64,000 nucleotides of DNA from Calditrichia bacterium (GCA_050633245.1 JBOEGD010000010.1:157989-221988), one strand, 5' to 3'. Numbered from the stretch's first letter, positions 30,111 through 39,387 are shown. The notes: generated from the letters alone by a model not told the origin. Numbers and translations: made by a program.

Positions 30111-31136
30111 TTAATTCAAGACCTGCAGAGTATCTCCTTCAGCGAGTTCCTGCTGTCCAACGACAACCAACTCGTCGCCCTTCACAAGTCCGGTTACAAG
30201 TACCTTGTCCTCATACACCGACTGTTGTTTAACCATGCGTTTCTTAGCAGAAATGCCTTCAGCAACGAACACATACCATCCGGTTTCAGATTCCATCATT
30301 GCTTCCAGAGGCACCACAATCTGATCATCCAGTTTCTCACGCAGAATTTTTAGATTGGCAATCATTTCCGGTGCCAGCTTATTGCCTTCATTCGGCAATT
30401 CGATCTCTACGTCAAACGTTCGGCTAAGTGGATTAATGCTTCGAGATACGTATGTGACAGGAGCTTCTAAGAGCATGTCCGGGTAGGCGTCAAAGGTAAT
30501 TTCAACCTTAGATCCCTTCTGAATATCGCTGATAAAGCGTTCAGCAATACCGGCACGGATTTTTAAACGAGCATTATCAATTAGCTCGAAGATAGGAGTC
30601 ATCACATTGCTGTAAGCACCCATATCGTAATAACGATCGTTAACAAGACCACTTATCGGGGCAGAAACAAACAGCTTGCGATAGCGAGCTTCGGCAAGTT
30701 CATAGGATGCCTGAGCTGCTTCAAGTGAATATTCGGAGGTGAGATAGTCGTTCTCGGAAATAGCCTTTCTCTCGAACAGAACCTTTTTGCTCTTGAAATC
30801 CAGCTTTGCCTGTTTCAATGCTGCCTGCGCCTGCTTATAGGATGCAGTTAGCGGTTTATTCTCCAGTACGGCCAGTGTTTGCCCGGCCTTAGCACGTTGT
30901 CCCTTGTCTACCAAAACCTTGCGTAAGAGGCCGGCCTCTTCAACCATAATTTGCACATGATTGCGTGCCTTTACCGTTCCGGTTATTCGTAGATAATTGG
31001 AGAAAGACTGTGGCGACACCTTTACGGTTTGTACCGGCGTGCCATTGTTATTCTTCTTCGCTTCCGGCTTTTCGCCAGCGCACTGTAGCAGTATAAAGGA
31101 CAGCGGAAGAATTAAGAAAATCATAAACCGTTTCAT
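30111..31136 (-). CDS. RND periplasmic adaptor (membrane fusion protein)
   Basis: Lipobox-like LLQC, APISG.V and SRTF.VE motifs. RBS-supported start at 31136. Confidence 0.92.
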   Translation of the reverse strand: MKRFMIFLILPLSFILLQCAGEKPEAKKNNNGTPVQTVKVSPQSFSNYLRITGTVKARNHVQIMVEEAGLLRKVLVDKGQRAKAGQTLAVLENKPLTASYKQAQAALKQAKLDFKSKKVLFERKAISENDYLTSEYSLEAAQASYELAEARYRKLFVSAPISGLVNDRYYDMGAYSNVMTPIFELIDNARLKIRAGIAERFISDIQKGSKVEITFDAYPDMLLEAPVTYVSRSINPLSRTFDVEIELPNEGNKLAPEMIANLKILREKLDDQIVVPLEAMMESETGWYVFVAEGISAKKRMVKQQSVYEDKVLVTGLVKGDELVVVGQQELAEGDTLQVLN

Positions 31137-31188
31137 TCCAACTCCTTGCAAATACATCTTTAATAGATTGCTATTATTCAAGTTTACA

Positions 31189-32496
31189 TTATTCAACGTT
31201 AAACCCCTTTTCTCCTGTCGCAACTTCCCAGGCAAAAAACGAATTCAGATAATCGAAGATTGCGCTATAGTAGCCCAACTGCGATTGATCTAATGCCAAT
31301 CGACTGTCTTTCAATTCAAGCTGGGTTGCCAAGCCATTTTCCATGCGGGTTTCAGCGATTTCAAATGCCCGACGCGACGCTATCACCGCTTTTTGACTGG
31401 CGGTAATACGTTCATGTGCTTCGCGCATCTGCAGGTGCAGATTACTAAGCTCTATTTGAATGCTCCGCTTCGAATCGTTCAGCCGAGTGGTTACTTTATC
31501 GACTTCTGCCCTGGCACGACGCACCTGGGCAACGGTGCTGCCACCGGAAAAGATTGGAATGTTAAGTGAGAGGCCGAGAATAATATTATCATTTTCGTTC
31601 TCAATTTTAAAATCATTCGAAAAAGCGGTGTAGGTATAAGTTGCAGAGCCTTCCAACGTAGGATAGAAGTTTGCCCGTTGAGCACTTACATTTTTTTCGC
31701 GCAGCTTTTTTTCCCACTTCAGCGCATTGTAATCCGCACGCGTTTCATATGCCGCCTCCGCAGTTACCATTTCCGGTAACGAAGGAAATCGCTCAAGAGA
31801 ACCGGTTAACACTATTTCTTCCTCGATGGGAATACCGACCAGATTCTTCAGATTATTCAGCGCCAGCAGATAGTCACGTTTGGCACGGCTGGCCTCCGGA
31901 ATACTGCTTTGCCAGCGCGCTTCGGACTGTAGTAGTTCAAATTCGGAAACGATACCATTATCAAACTTAAACTTGATGTCCTTATAGTTATCCAGCGCAC
32001 TATTTTCCGAGTCCTGTGAGACTCTCCAAACTTCCTTCTGTAATAGTGCCGCATAGAAGGCCGTTTTAACTCCGCTGAACACCTGCTGACGTGTGTATTC
32101 GAAAGTATTCGACGTGAGCTTGTTCAGGTAACGCGCTGCCTGAATGGCGTATCCGGCCTGAAAGCTAAACAGCGTTTGGCGCAGAACAGCATTCATAGAA
32201 TATTCATTAGAGAATGAAATTGGCACCTGAATCAAGCTATTATTCGGCCCAAGGGGCAGCGAAATTCTGTTCTCCTGAACATTTCGATTATACCCGCCAT
32301 TAATTTCCAGCTGTGGTAGTGCCGTGGATACCGCGCTTAATTTTTCTGCCGAAGCGACTTTCAACTCAGCTCGAGCCAGCTGAATATCACCGTTTTGCTT
32401 TTCGGCCAACTCCAGAACTTTCTTCAGATCATATTCACCCGCAAAGGCGCTGACCATCAGAAGCATGCTCATAAAGAGCATATTAATACGACTCAT
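31189..32496 (-). CDS. TolC family outer membrane protein
   Basis: Signal peptide, two OEP repeats, L.IPIFSGG. Confidence 0.92.
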   Translation of the reverse strand: MSRINMLFMSMLLMVSAFAGEYDLKKVLELAEKQNGDIQLARAELKVASAEKLSAVSTALPQLEINGGYNRNVQENRISLPLGPNNSLIQVPISFSNEYSMNAVLRQTLFSFQAGYAIQAARYLNKLTSNTFEYTRQQVFSGVKTAFYAALLQKEVWRVSQDSENSALDNYKDIKFKFDNGIVSEFELLQSEARWQSSIPEASRAKRDYLLALNNLKNLVGIPIEEEIVLTGSLERFPSLPEMVTAEAAYETRADYNALKWEKKLREKNVSAQRANFYPTLEGSATYTYTAFSNDFKIENENDNIILGLSLNIPIFSGGSTVAQVRRARAEVDKVTTRLNDSKRSIQIELSNLHLQMREAHERITASQKAVIASRRAFEIAETRMENGLATQLELKDSRLALDQSQLGYYSAIFDYLNSFFAWEVATGEKGFNVE

Positions 32497-33086
32497 GAAC
32501 CTCTCCTTGTAATTCCATTAAGCATTATCTCTATAGTTGTAGACACAACATTGTTCTGTTTTTTTTGCGGAAAGTTTTTTATCCAGTCCAGGCTTAAAAA
32601 GGTGGTCATTAAGACCATTGATTCTGCGCATACGTCAGCATCTGCGACATCAAAGATTTGCGACTCTATTCCATCGTGTAGAATGGGCAGAATTCTTTGT
32701 TTCAACAAATCGTTCAGGTGACTTTCAATCGGTTCTCCGTGTGGGGAATGCTCGCACATATATTCAGGCATCTTCTCCATCTCACGTACATGGTCTTGCA
32801 AACCGCTATGCATTTTTTGAAAGAACTGACGTAATTTTTCGTCTGCGGAAAGCTCCGGGGCAATTGATGTAGCGATGTCGTCAATAAAGTATTCAGCCTC
32901 TTCCAGAACAATCTCCTGAAAAAGGGCTTCCTTATTGCTGTAATAATAATAGAGGGTCGGTTTGGCAAGATTACTTTGGCGGGCAATATCATCCATTGAC
33001 GTTTTAGTATAACCAAAATGGAAGAATAGCTCTCGAGCAGCTTTTTTGATAATCTGTCGTTTTCCGCTATCAGACTGTGTAGCCAT
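32493..33086 (-). CDS. TetR/AcrR family regulator
   Basis: GY.KTSMDDIA...LAKPTLYYYY.NKEALF helix-turn-helix. Confidence 0.95.
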   Translation of the reverse strand: MATQSDSGKRQIIKKAARELFFHFGYTKTSMDDIARQSNLAKPTLYYYYSNKEALFQEIVLEEAEYFIDDIATSIAPELSADEKLRQFFQKMHSGLQDHVREMEKMPEYMCEHSPHGEPIESHLNDLLKQRILPILHDGIESQIFDVADADVCAESMVLMTTFLSLDWIKNFPQKKQNNVVSTTIEIMLNGITRRGS

Positions 33087-33098
33087 GAAAATCTCAAC

Positions 33099-33126
33099 TT
33101 TCGACTTTTTTCATAATTAGTCGAAA
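33099..33126. promoter_or_regulatory. Putative TetR operator (inverted repeat)
   Basis: TTTCGACT-N12-AGTCGAAA abutting a TATAAT on the minus strand, 12 bp upstream of the tetR start. Confidence 0.7.
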
Positions 33127-33357
33127 TTATATTTTTTTTACGATCAAGTCAATCATTACTTTCGAAAGTTTGTGAAAAAGGTTACAAACAATATTATTTC
33201 TTTTCCAAATAGAAAGAAATTAAGTCTTTTGGAAAGACTATTCGTTCATTTGTCAGGTAACTTTATGGTGTATGGGGAAGGTTAAAAGTGCGGTTTGAAG
33301 GTGAAACTTATTGTGTTGAGGGAAATTTATTGTGAAGGAAAGAGTGTGTCTACATAC

Positions 33358-33450
33358 AAAAAAAGGCTTCGAGCCATAACCCGAAGCCAAAAAAACAGGC
33401 GCAACCTCCCATGGCTGCCGCCAGTCAAAGCCTATAGAAAATTACTAACG
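33358..33450 (-). ncRNA. Candidate small RNA with two hairpins (AUGGGA loop hairpin plus terminator)
   Basis: GGCGGCAGCC-AUGGGA-GGUUGCGCC, U7, GGCUUCGGGU-UAUG-GCUCGAAGCC, U7. An upstream TG-TATATT could serve as -10. Confidence 0.45.
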
Positions 33451-33504
33451 TTGTAATATACAATGGTTTAATAAAAGCCTTTGTCATAATCTCAACATAA
33501 TTCA

Positions 33505-33522
33505 TGTCGAATTATCGCGACA
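33505..33522. promoter_or_regulatory. 18-bp palindromic box TGTCG-N8-CGACA
   Basis: TGTCGAATTATCGCGACA, with a second half-site TGTCAT at 33482. Confidence 0.55.
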
Positions 33523-33571
33523 AAAAGCTATTCATTAGTCAGAGCAACAAAAATGGAAGCGCTTGGAATTG

Positions 33572-33997
33572 TTATCGTGGAATATTTCCCAGCTTGGATA
33601 GAAACCCATGATCCTTTTCCGCCAGCCGGCGAATAAGCTCACGAAAGCTGACATGCCCTTCCCTTGCATGTAGTCCCTGACGATCCCATTTCATTGAGGG
33701 AAGCGTTTTGAGAGTACGGACAAGCATTCTGCGGTTTTCCAGAAAGCTGCTCATTAAAGCGCGCGTGTCTGGTGTGATAGAAGCTCCACGCGAACGCTTA
33801 ATCTCGGGAATATATGGGTTTTCTTCTTCGAGGATCTTCTTCAGTCGATATTCAACTATTTCCTCTTCCATCTCAGTAAGGTCAGCAATACAATTACTAA
33901 CTTGAGATGACTCAGCGGTGGTACTCAACTCTTTTAACAGGGTTTCATACTTTTGGTAATTACTTTCAACGGCGTCAATCAGGTCTCTCACATCCAT
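33572..33997 (-). CDS. DinB-like four-helix bundle protein (degenerate)
   Basis: YRLKKIL.EENP, F..NR..L...L.TL...WDR.G.H..EG..S pattern. GGAGG RBS before ATG 33997. Confidence 0.7.
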   Translation of the reverse strand: MDVRDLIDAVESNYQKYETLLKELSTTAESSQVSNCIADLTEMEEEIVEYRLKKILEEENPYIPEIKRSRGASITPDTRALMSSFLENRRMLVRTLKTLPSMKWDRQGLHAREGHVSFRELIRRLAEKDHGFLSKLGNIPR

Positions 33998-34199
33998 GAA
34001 AGTGCGGCCTCCTAACAAATGGTCCAATATTTCCAGGTGTTTTATACCAAGAGCGAAATATGGGGGTCTTTCTCTCAAGATGGTTTTATAAGTTCAGACA
34101 AATATCTGAAGCGCGTGTCACAAGATCATTAAAAAATGTATAACTCTACATGGCGTTTACTTTAAGTACGCGACAACATAAGCATAGAAATGCCAAACA

Positions 34200-34850
34200 T
34201 CAATTCATTTCTATCAACTTTTCCTTAATTGCGTAGCGAATGATATCTGCATTTGTTTTCATATTCAGTTTTGTAAGCAAGCGCGCGCGGTGAGTACTAA
34301 CAGTGCTTGTACTTACCTTCAGTTCACTGGCGATTTCTTTTATACCCAAGCCCTTTGAAATCAACTCAAGAACCTGAAATTCCCGCGAAGACAAGAGCTC
34401 ACGTGGCATCTTTTTGTTACTCTCTTCTTTAAGCTGGAAAGCCAGTTGTTCCGCCACGCCCGGACTAATATACATACCGCCATCTACAATTTTATCCATA
34501 GCGGTAATCAATTCCCGTGCGGCTCCGGCCTTGGTTAAATAACCACTTGCGCCAGCTTTTATCGCTTGAACGGCATATTGTTCTTCGGAATACATGCTGA
34601 TGATAAGAACTTTGGTATCGGGGCGTTCTTTCTTGATCTCATCTAAAATTTCAAGACCATTTTTGCCCGGCATGGAAATATCAAGCAAGACCAAATCGTA
34701 TTCATTCGCATTGAGCTGGCTGTCTATTTCGCCGGCATCACTGGCTTCATGAACAATGGCTTTTTTAGAATAGCCTTGCAAAATTTGCGACAGCCCCTGA
34801 CGAAAAATCGGGTGATCATCCGCAACAAGAATTTTTACATTATTTCTCAT
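34200..34850 (-). CDS. NarL/UvrY-type response regulator (REC + LuxR HTH)
   Basis: ADDHPIFRQGL, LDISMPG and LSSREFQVL...STVSTHR. Confidence 0.95.
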   Translation of the reverse strand: MRNNVKILVADDHPIFRQGLSQILQGYSKKAIVHEASDAGEIDSQLNANEYDLVLLDISMPGKNGLEILDEIKKERPDTKVLIISMYSEEQYAVQAIKAGASGYLTKAGAARELITAMDKIVDGGMYISPGVAEQLAFQLKEESNKKMPRELLSSREFQVLELISKGLGIKEIASELKVSTSTVSTHRARLLTKLNMKTNADIIRYAIKEKLIEMN

Positions 34851-34947
34851 AAAAAAAACACCGCGTTATGCGATTAAAAAAGGCAAGATTCATCTTAGAT
34901 TTTAAAAGATAAGATCATTCTTTTCAATAGACAAGCAGTGAAATTCT

Positions 34948-34986
34948 TGTCGTGAAATCACGGAGGGTTGTCACCTATCTCCTACA
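34948..34986. promoter_or_regulatory. Two tandem 18-bp boxes, 21 bp apart, upstream of a TTGTCT-N17-TATCTT promoter
   Basis: TGTCGTGAAATCACGGAG (34948-65) and TGTCACCTATCTCCTACA (34969-86). Confidence 0.5.
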
Positions 34987-35004
34987 GTCAGATCCAGACA
35001 TGTG

Positions 35005-35637
35005 TTATTCAACCAATCCTTCACTCAACGCATAGCGAATCAGCTCGGCATTTGTGCTCATATCCAGCTTCTTCAGAATTCGCGAGCGATGCGTGCTAAC
35101 CGTGCTGGTACTCAAAGCAAGTTCGCTGGCTATTTCCTTGATTCCCTGTCCAACTGCGAGCATGCAAAGAATCTGTGTTTCTCTTGCAGACAGACGCGTA
35201 TGGCGTGGGGCCTGTACATCTCCCTTTATCTGAAAAGCAAGCTGTTCGGCAACCGATGGAGAAATATACAAATCGCCACGCGCTGTTTTTTCGACGGCAT
35301 CTACCAGAATTTTTGCGGCACCATTTTTGGTTATATATCCAGATGCTCCGGCGGTAATAGCGCGAATGGCATACTGCTCTTCCGAGTGCATACTCACCAT
35401 CAGAACATTAATCTCCGGCCAATCCTTCTTTACATTTTCCAGAACTTCAAGACCATTTCTACCCGGCATGGAAATATCCATTACCAATAGATCGAAACGT
35501 CCATTGCGACAGTGATGCAATACTTCAGCACCATCACTGGCTTCTTCCACATGTAGATCTTCATAGTGATTTTCTAATATTTGACGCAAACCCTGACGAA
35601 AAATCGGGTGATCATCGGCAATTAATATTCTAAGCAT
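35005..35637 (-). CDS. NarL/UvrY-type response regulator (REC + LuxR HTH)
   Basis: ADDHPIFRQGL, MDISMPG and LSARETQIL...STVSTHR. Confidence 0.95.
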   Translation of the reverse strand: MLRILIADDHPIFRQGLRQILENHYEDLHVEEASDGAEVLHHCRNGRFDLLVMDISMPGRNGLEVLENVKKDWPEINVLMVSMHSEEQYAIRAITAGASGYITKNGAAKILVDAVEKTARGDLYISPSVAEQLAFQIKGDVQAPRHTRLSARETQILCMLAVGQGIKEIASELALSTSTVSTHRSRILKKLDMSTNAELIRYALSEGLVE

Positions 35638-38548
35638 CTGCTACATCCTCTTGTTTGGACAACGGAACGGAGACAATTACAGTCGTTCCCTTTCCCTCTT
35701 CACCCTGTATATCAAACTTTCCATCGAGAAAACGTACTCTCTCGCGCATACCCAACAATCCAAGCGAACGCGAACCGTGAATTTCTGCAGAGCTAATTCC
35801 AACCCCATTGTCGCTAACGGTTAAACGCAGTGAATCGCCAACCTTTTCCATTTGAATGGTTATCAACGTTGCTTTAGCATGCCGCAAAATATTGGTAAGC
35901 GCCTCCTGGAAGATGCGAAAAATGCCGTTGGAGTATTCCTCATTAAGCTGCACGCTTTCTGCCTTATTATAAAGCTCGCAGGCAATTCCGGTTTGTTGCT
36001 GAAATCGTCGCGTTTGCCAATTGATGGCTGCTGCAAATCCCAAATGATCTAATACGCTCGGTCGAAGGTCTTGCGAAATGCGACGCATTTTCTTTATCGT
36101 TCCCTCCACCATCTCGGACATGGAGTGCGTTTTTTGACGTAACTCTTCACTATCGGCAGGGAGTTGCCCTTCCAGCCAGCTCAGGTTCATTAAAAAAATA
36201 GAGAGATCCTGCCCAAGGTCGTCGTGAATCTCGCGAGCAATATGAGTGCGTTCTTCTTCTCTGGCGGTTTCAACCCGTGCCGTCAGTTTCTGCAGCTGTT
36301 CCCGCGAATTGGTAAGCTCCGTTTCCGCCAGCTTGCGTTCCTGAATTTCACCATTGAGCTGTTCATTGCTCGCTTTCAGCCTGGCGGTGCGCTCGGCAAC
36401 CAGTTCCTCAAGATGTTCGCGATGCTTACGCAATTCATCCTGTGCTTCCATGGTATTCGTAATGTCTACCCCGGAACTCAGCGTTCCCAGAACGGTGCCA
36501 TCAGCATCCTTCAGCAGAGCATTGTGCCATGCGATGATTTTTTCAGCTCCTTTTCGGGTGACGACCGCATTTTCATAATACGGCTTCAGTTCCTGCTTAC
36601 CCTTTATCACGTGTTCGAACTCGGTTACAGCTTCTTTGCGCTTGCGGGCAGGCCGAAAATTATCGAACCAATTTTTTCCAATGATATCTTTTTCAGAAAA
36701 TCCAAGGATCTCACAACCCTTGCGGTTAATCAGCTCGACGCGTTTTTTTGTATTAATAACAAGAAACATCGTTCCGGCGGTATCGAGATATACCTGGGCA
36801 CGATCGCGTTCCTGAATAATCTGCTGCTCTGCAGTCTTTCTCTTGGTGATATCGCGAATGGCCGCCAACAGGTGTTTTTGGCCGCTATAGTTTACTGGAG
36901 ACAATCGCACCTCCGCAAACAGGGCTTCACCTGATTTGCGATGTTCAACCGACTCCATCGAAACCGGCTGACCAGCCGAGTCTATTAAGCCAAGCTGTGC
37001 AGCACGTTCATAGTAAGCCAAAAACCCGTCTTTTTTCTTACTGCGCTCAATAAGCTCTTCTTTCGTATATCCAAACATCCGGCATGCAGCGGGATTTGCA
37101 TCAATAACAATACCGGCAACATCCGTCATCACCAGTCCATCCCCTACAGTTTCAAAGATATTGCGATACTGCTCAATACTTTCGCGAAGCGCAGCCTCAG
37201 CTTCTTCACGGCGGGTAATGTTTACATACATGGCGCGGGTGCCAATGGGGTTTCCATCATTATCATAATCCGGCAATGCATGCAACAAGGTACGGATTTT
37301 CATGCCATCATGCGCAATCAGTTCGCGCTCTTCATCGAAAAAGTCTCCATGGAGGAGCTGCTCATAACCGCCCTCTTTCAAACGGGAGCGAGACTTCTCG
37401 GAATAAAACTCTTCCAGACTGCGGTTTACCACATCATCATATTCATAGCCGGTACTGGATAAGAACTGCTGGTTACAGTCGATTATTCTTGGTTTGCCAT
37501 CCTGATGTCTGGTGATGATATACATCAGCGGTGCGGCTTCAAAAATACGGCGATACTTTTCTTCAGCAGTTTTCGTTTTCACCTCTGCTTCGCGACGCTC
37601 GCGAATTTCATTCTTTAGGATCGTATTGGCATGCTGTAATTCTGCAGTACGCTCTTGCACTCGCTGCTCGAGTTCTGCCTTCGCCTGCTGCAAAGAGCGT
37701 TCTGCACGTCGGCGTTCTGTAATATCACGAACAATCATCAGCACTTCGTTTTCACCTGAGATTACCATTCGTGCTTCAAAATCGCGTTCTTCCGGATCTG
37801 AGCCTGAAACCGGCATGCGATATTCAAACAGCTCAGGCTCATTGGTTGCCAAAACCCGTTCAATACGTCCCATTCCCACTTTTGCGGCAGCCAGCGGAAT
37901 AACCTCATGAATCATTTTTCCGGGAACCTTTTCAACCTGCAAACCGTGCATTGTACCATTATTTGCCAGCGAATCGATGTAGCGCCCTTCTCCATTTACC
38001 CGAAACAGTAAATCCGGCACCGCATGTAAAATCGTGGTATTTTTCATTTCCGACTGATGGAGTGCCATTTCTATGCGCTTGCGTTCGGTAATGTCTACCC
38101 CGATCCATGCTTCCCACTTGCGCTCTCCCTTCTCATCTCTCATCACCTTACGGCTCCACGCAATATTATGCTGCGAACCGCCTCGTGACGAAAGAATGGT
38201 TTCAAAATAACTGGAATCGTGAAAGTGCGTTATTCCCTCGGTGCGCTTGGTGAGGATTTTCTGAAGTTCCTGCGGTAGTTTTTTCAGCGGCTTGCCAATA
38301 ACGGTCGAAGCTTTTAGTCCGGTCATTCCCTCAAATGCCTGATTGAAACGCAGCACTCTGCCTGAAGAATCAAGAGCAATCATCAGGGCAGCGCTTGTAT
38401 CGAGTATAACAGAAGAGAACTCGTTGCTCTCCTGTTGACGGCGGCTGTTGTTAATCGAATGATAGACCAGCGTTATCACCAAAGTCAGGATGATAAGCGT
38501 TCCAAAAACGATTCCAAGTATTAGATTGGCTAACGCCGGCTCAGACAT
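35630..38548 (-). CDS. Multi-PAS HisKA_3 sensor histidine kinase
   Basis: One N-terminal TM, about five PAS/PAC units ending DITE/DITK, REIHDDLGQ H-box, QEALTNI.RHA and DNGVG. Confidence 0.93.
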   Translation of the reverse strand: MSEPALANLILGIVFGTLIILTLVITLVYHSINNSRRQQESNEFSSVILDTSAALMIALDSSGRVLRFNQAFEGMTGLKASTVIGKPLKKLPQELQKILTKRTEGITHFHDSSYFETILSSRGGSQHNIAWSRKVMRDEKGERKWEAWIGVDITERKRIEMALHQSEMKNTTILHAVPDLLFRVNGEGRYIDSLANNGTMHGLQVEKVPGKMIHEVIPLAAAKVGMGRIERVLATNEPELFEYRMPVSGSDPEERDFEARMVISGENEVLMIVRDITERRRAERSLQQAKAELEQRVQERTAELQHANTILKNEIRERREAEVKTKTAEEKYRRIFEAAPLMYIITRHQDGKPRIIDCNQQFLSSTGYEYDDVVNRSLEEFYSEKSRSRLKEGGYEQLLHGDFFDEERELIAHDGMKIRTLLHALPDYDNDGNPIGTRAMYVNITRREEAEAALRESIEQYRNIFETVGDGLVMTDVAGIVIDANPAACRMFGYTKEELIERSKKKDGFLAYYERAAQLGLIDSAGQPVSMESVEHRKSGEALFAEVRLSPVNYSGQKHLLAAIRDITKRKTAEQQIIQERDRAQVYLDTAGTMFLVINTKKRVELINRKGCEILGFSEKDIIGKNWFDNFRPARKRKEAVTEFEHVIKGKQELKPYYENAVVTRKGAEKIIAWHNALLKDADGTVLGTLSSGVDITNTMEAQDELRKHREHLEELVAERTARLKASNEQLNGEIQERKLAETELTNSREQLQKLTARVETAREEERTHIAREIHDDLGQDLSIFLMNLSWLEGQLPADSEELRQKTHSMSEMVEGTIKKMRRISQDLRPSVLDHLGFAAAINWQTRRFQQQTGIACELYNKAESVQLNEEYSNGIFRIFQEALTNILRHAKATLITIQMEKVGDSLRLTVSDNGVGISSAEIHGSRSLGLLGMRERVRFLDGKFDIQGEEGKGTTVIVSVPLSKQEDVADA

Positions 38549-39156
38549 AAAAATCCCCAGCTATGGAGCAGATTCGCAATAATGTTCGTAAAGGAATGAA
38601 TAATCCAGAGGGATCGTGAGTTTTCTTCCTCGAGGACATATCCAAGTGTATAGAACAGCGATGTTCCCGCGAAGTAAAACAATAGTCCAAGAATGAACCA
38701 AAAGCGTTCATCCTGATGCACAATTCCCGCCTGACGCTCTATGAGGCCATAAAGAGCCAAAACACAAAGTATCGAAAATATAACACATTGAATGCTTAAA
38801 GTAACAAAATTTAATCGATGTAGGCTACCGATAAAATATTGAGAAACAATCCAAACGCTGATTAATAAACCAAGGCTTAAATTAAGATAGACTCGCATTT
38901 GCGGGCGTTTCGCCCAAAGGTAGAGCAAATAAGCGAGCCAAACGCTTTGAACCGGTATCATCAGGTTTAAAATCCAGATATTGTTGATCCGCATTCCGGC
39001 AAGCCACATCATCCCCAACTGTACGATTGTAAGAAAAACGATATAAGACCAAAACAAACCATTGGCCAGATTGAAGGATTTTCGAACTGAGATGCCAATG
39101 GTAAACGGCAGAAGGATTGAAACGGCAGATAGAAGTGCGTGTATCGGGTAGTTCAT
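38530..39156 (-). CDS. Uncharacterised ~7-TM membrane protein
   Basis: About seven hydrophobic segments, NNIW.LN and RFWF..GLLFYF motifs. Overlaps the kinase start by 19 bp. Confidence 0.8.
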   Translation of the reverse strand: MNYPIHALLSAVSILLPFTIGISVRKSFNLANGLFWSYIVFLTIVQLGMMWLAGMRINNIWILNLMIPVQSVWLAYLLYLWAKRPQMRVYLNLSLGLLISVWIVSQYFIGSLHRLNFVTLSIQCVIFSILCVLALYGLIERQAGIVHQDERFWFILGLLFYFAGTSLFYTLGYVLEEENSRSLWIIHSFTNIIANLLHSWGFLCLSRR

Positions 39157-39387
39157 TTTTTCCTCAGATTATGTATAAAATTAAGGCATTGGCCCGGCTA
39201 AACCAATGGTATGTAGAAAAATGATGTAAAAGTATCTGATCAATCTCTACGTAGAACAATGTAATTAAGTTGACTGCGTCTTTTTTCACCGCTAAATTAG
39301 ATGCCCGTTTGCATGCAACTATTGCAAAACTCGCGCATGCCGACACTATCAATATGTATAGAATGGACTTGCTGTAAAGGAGCAACA

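Noticed and set aside
33350-33412. 20-codon ORF MGGCACFFGFGLWLEAFFCM on the minus strand as a signalling peptide
   Set aside because: No RBS, and it runs through both hairpins and U-tracts, so an RNA structure explains the sequence better.
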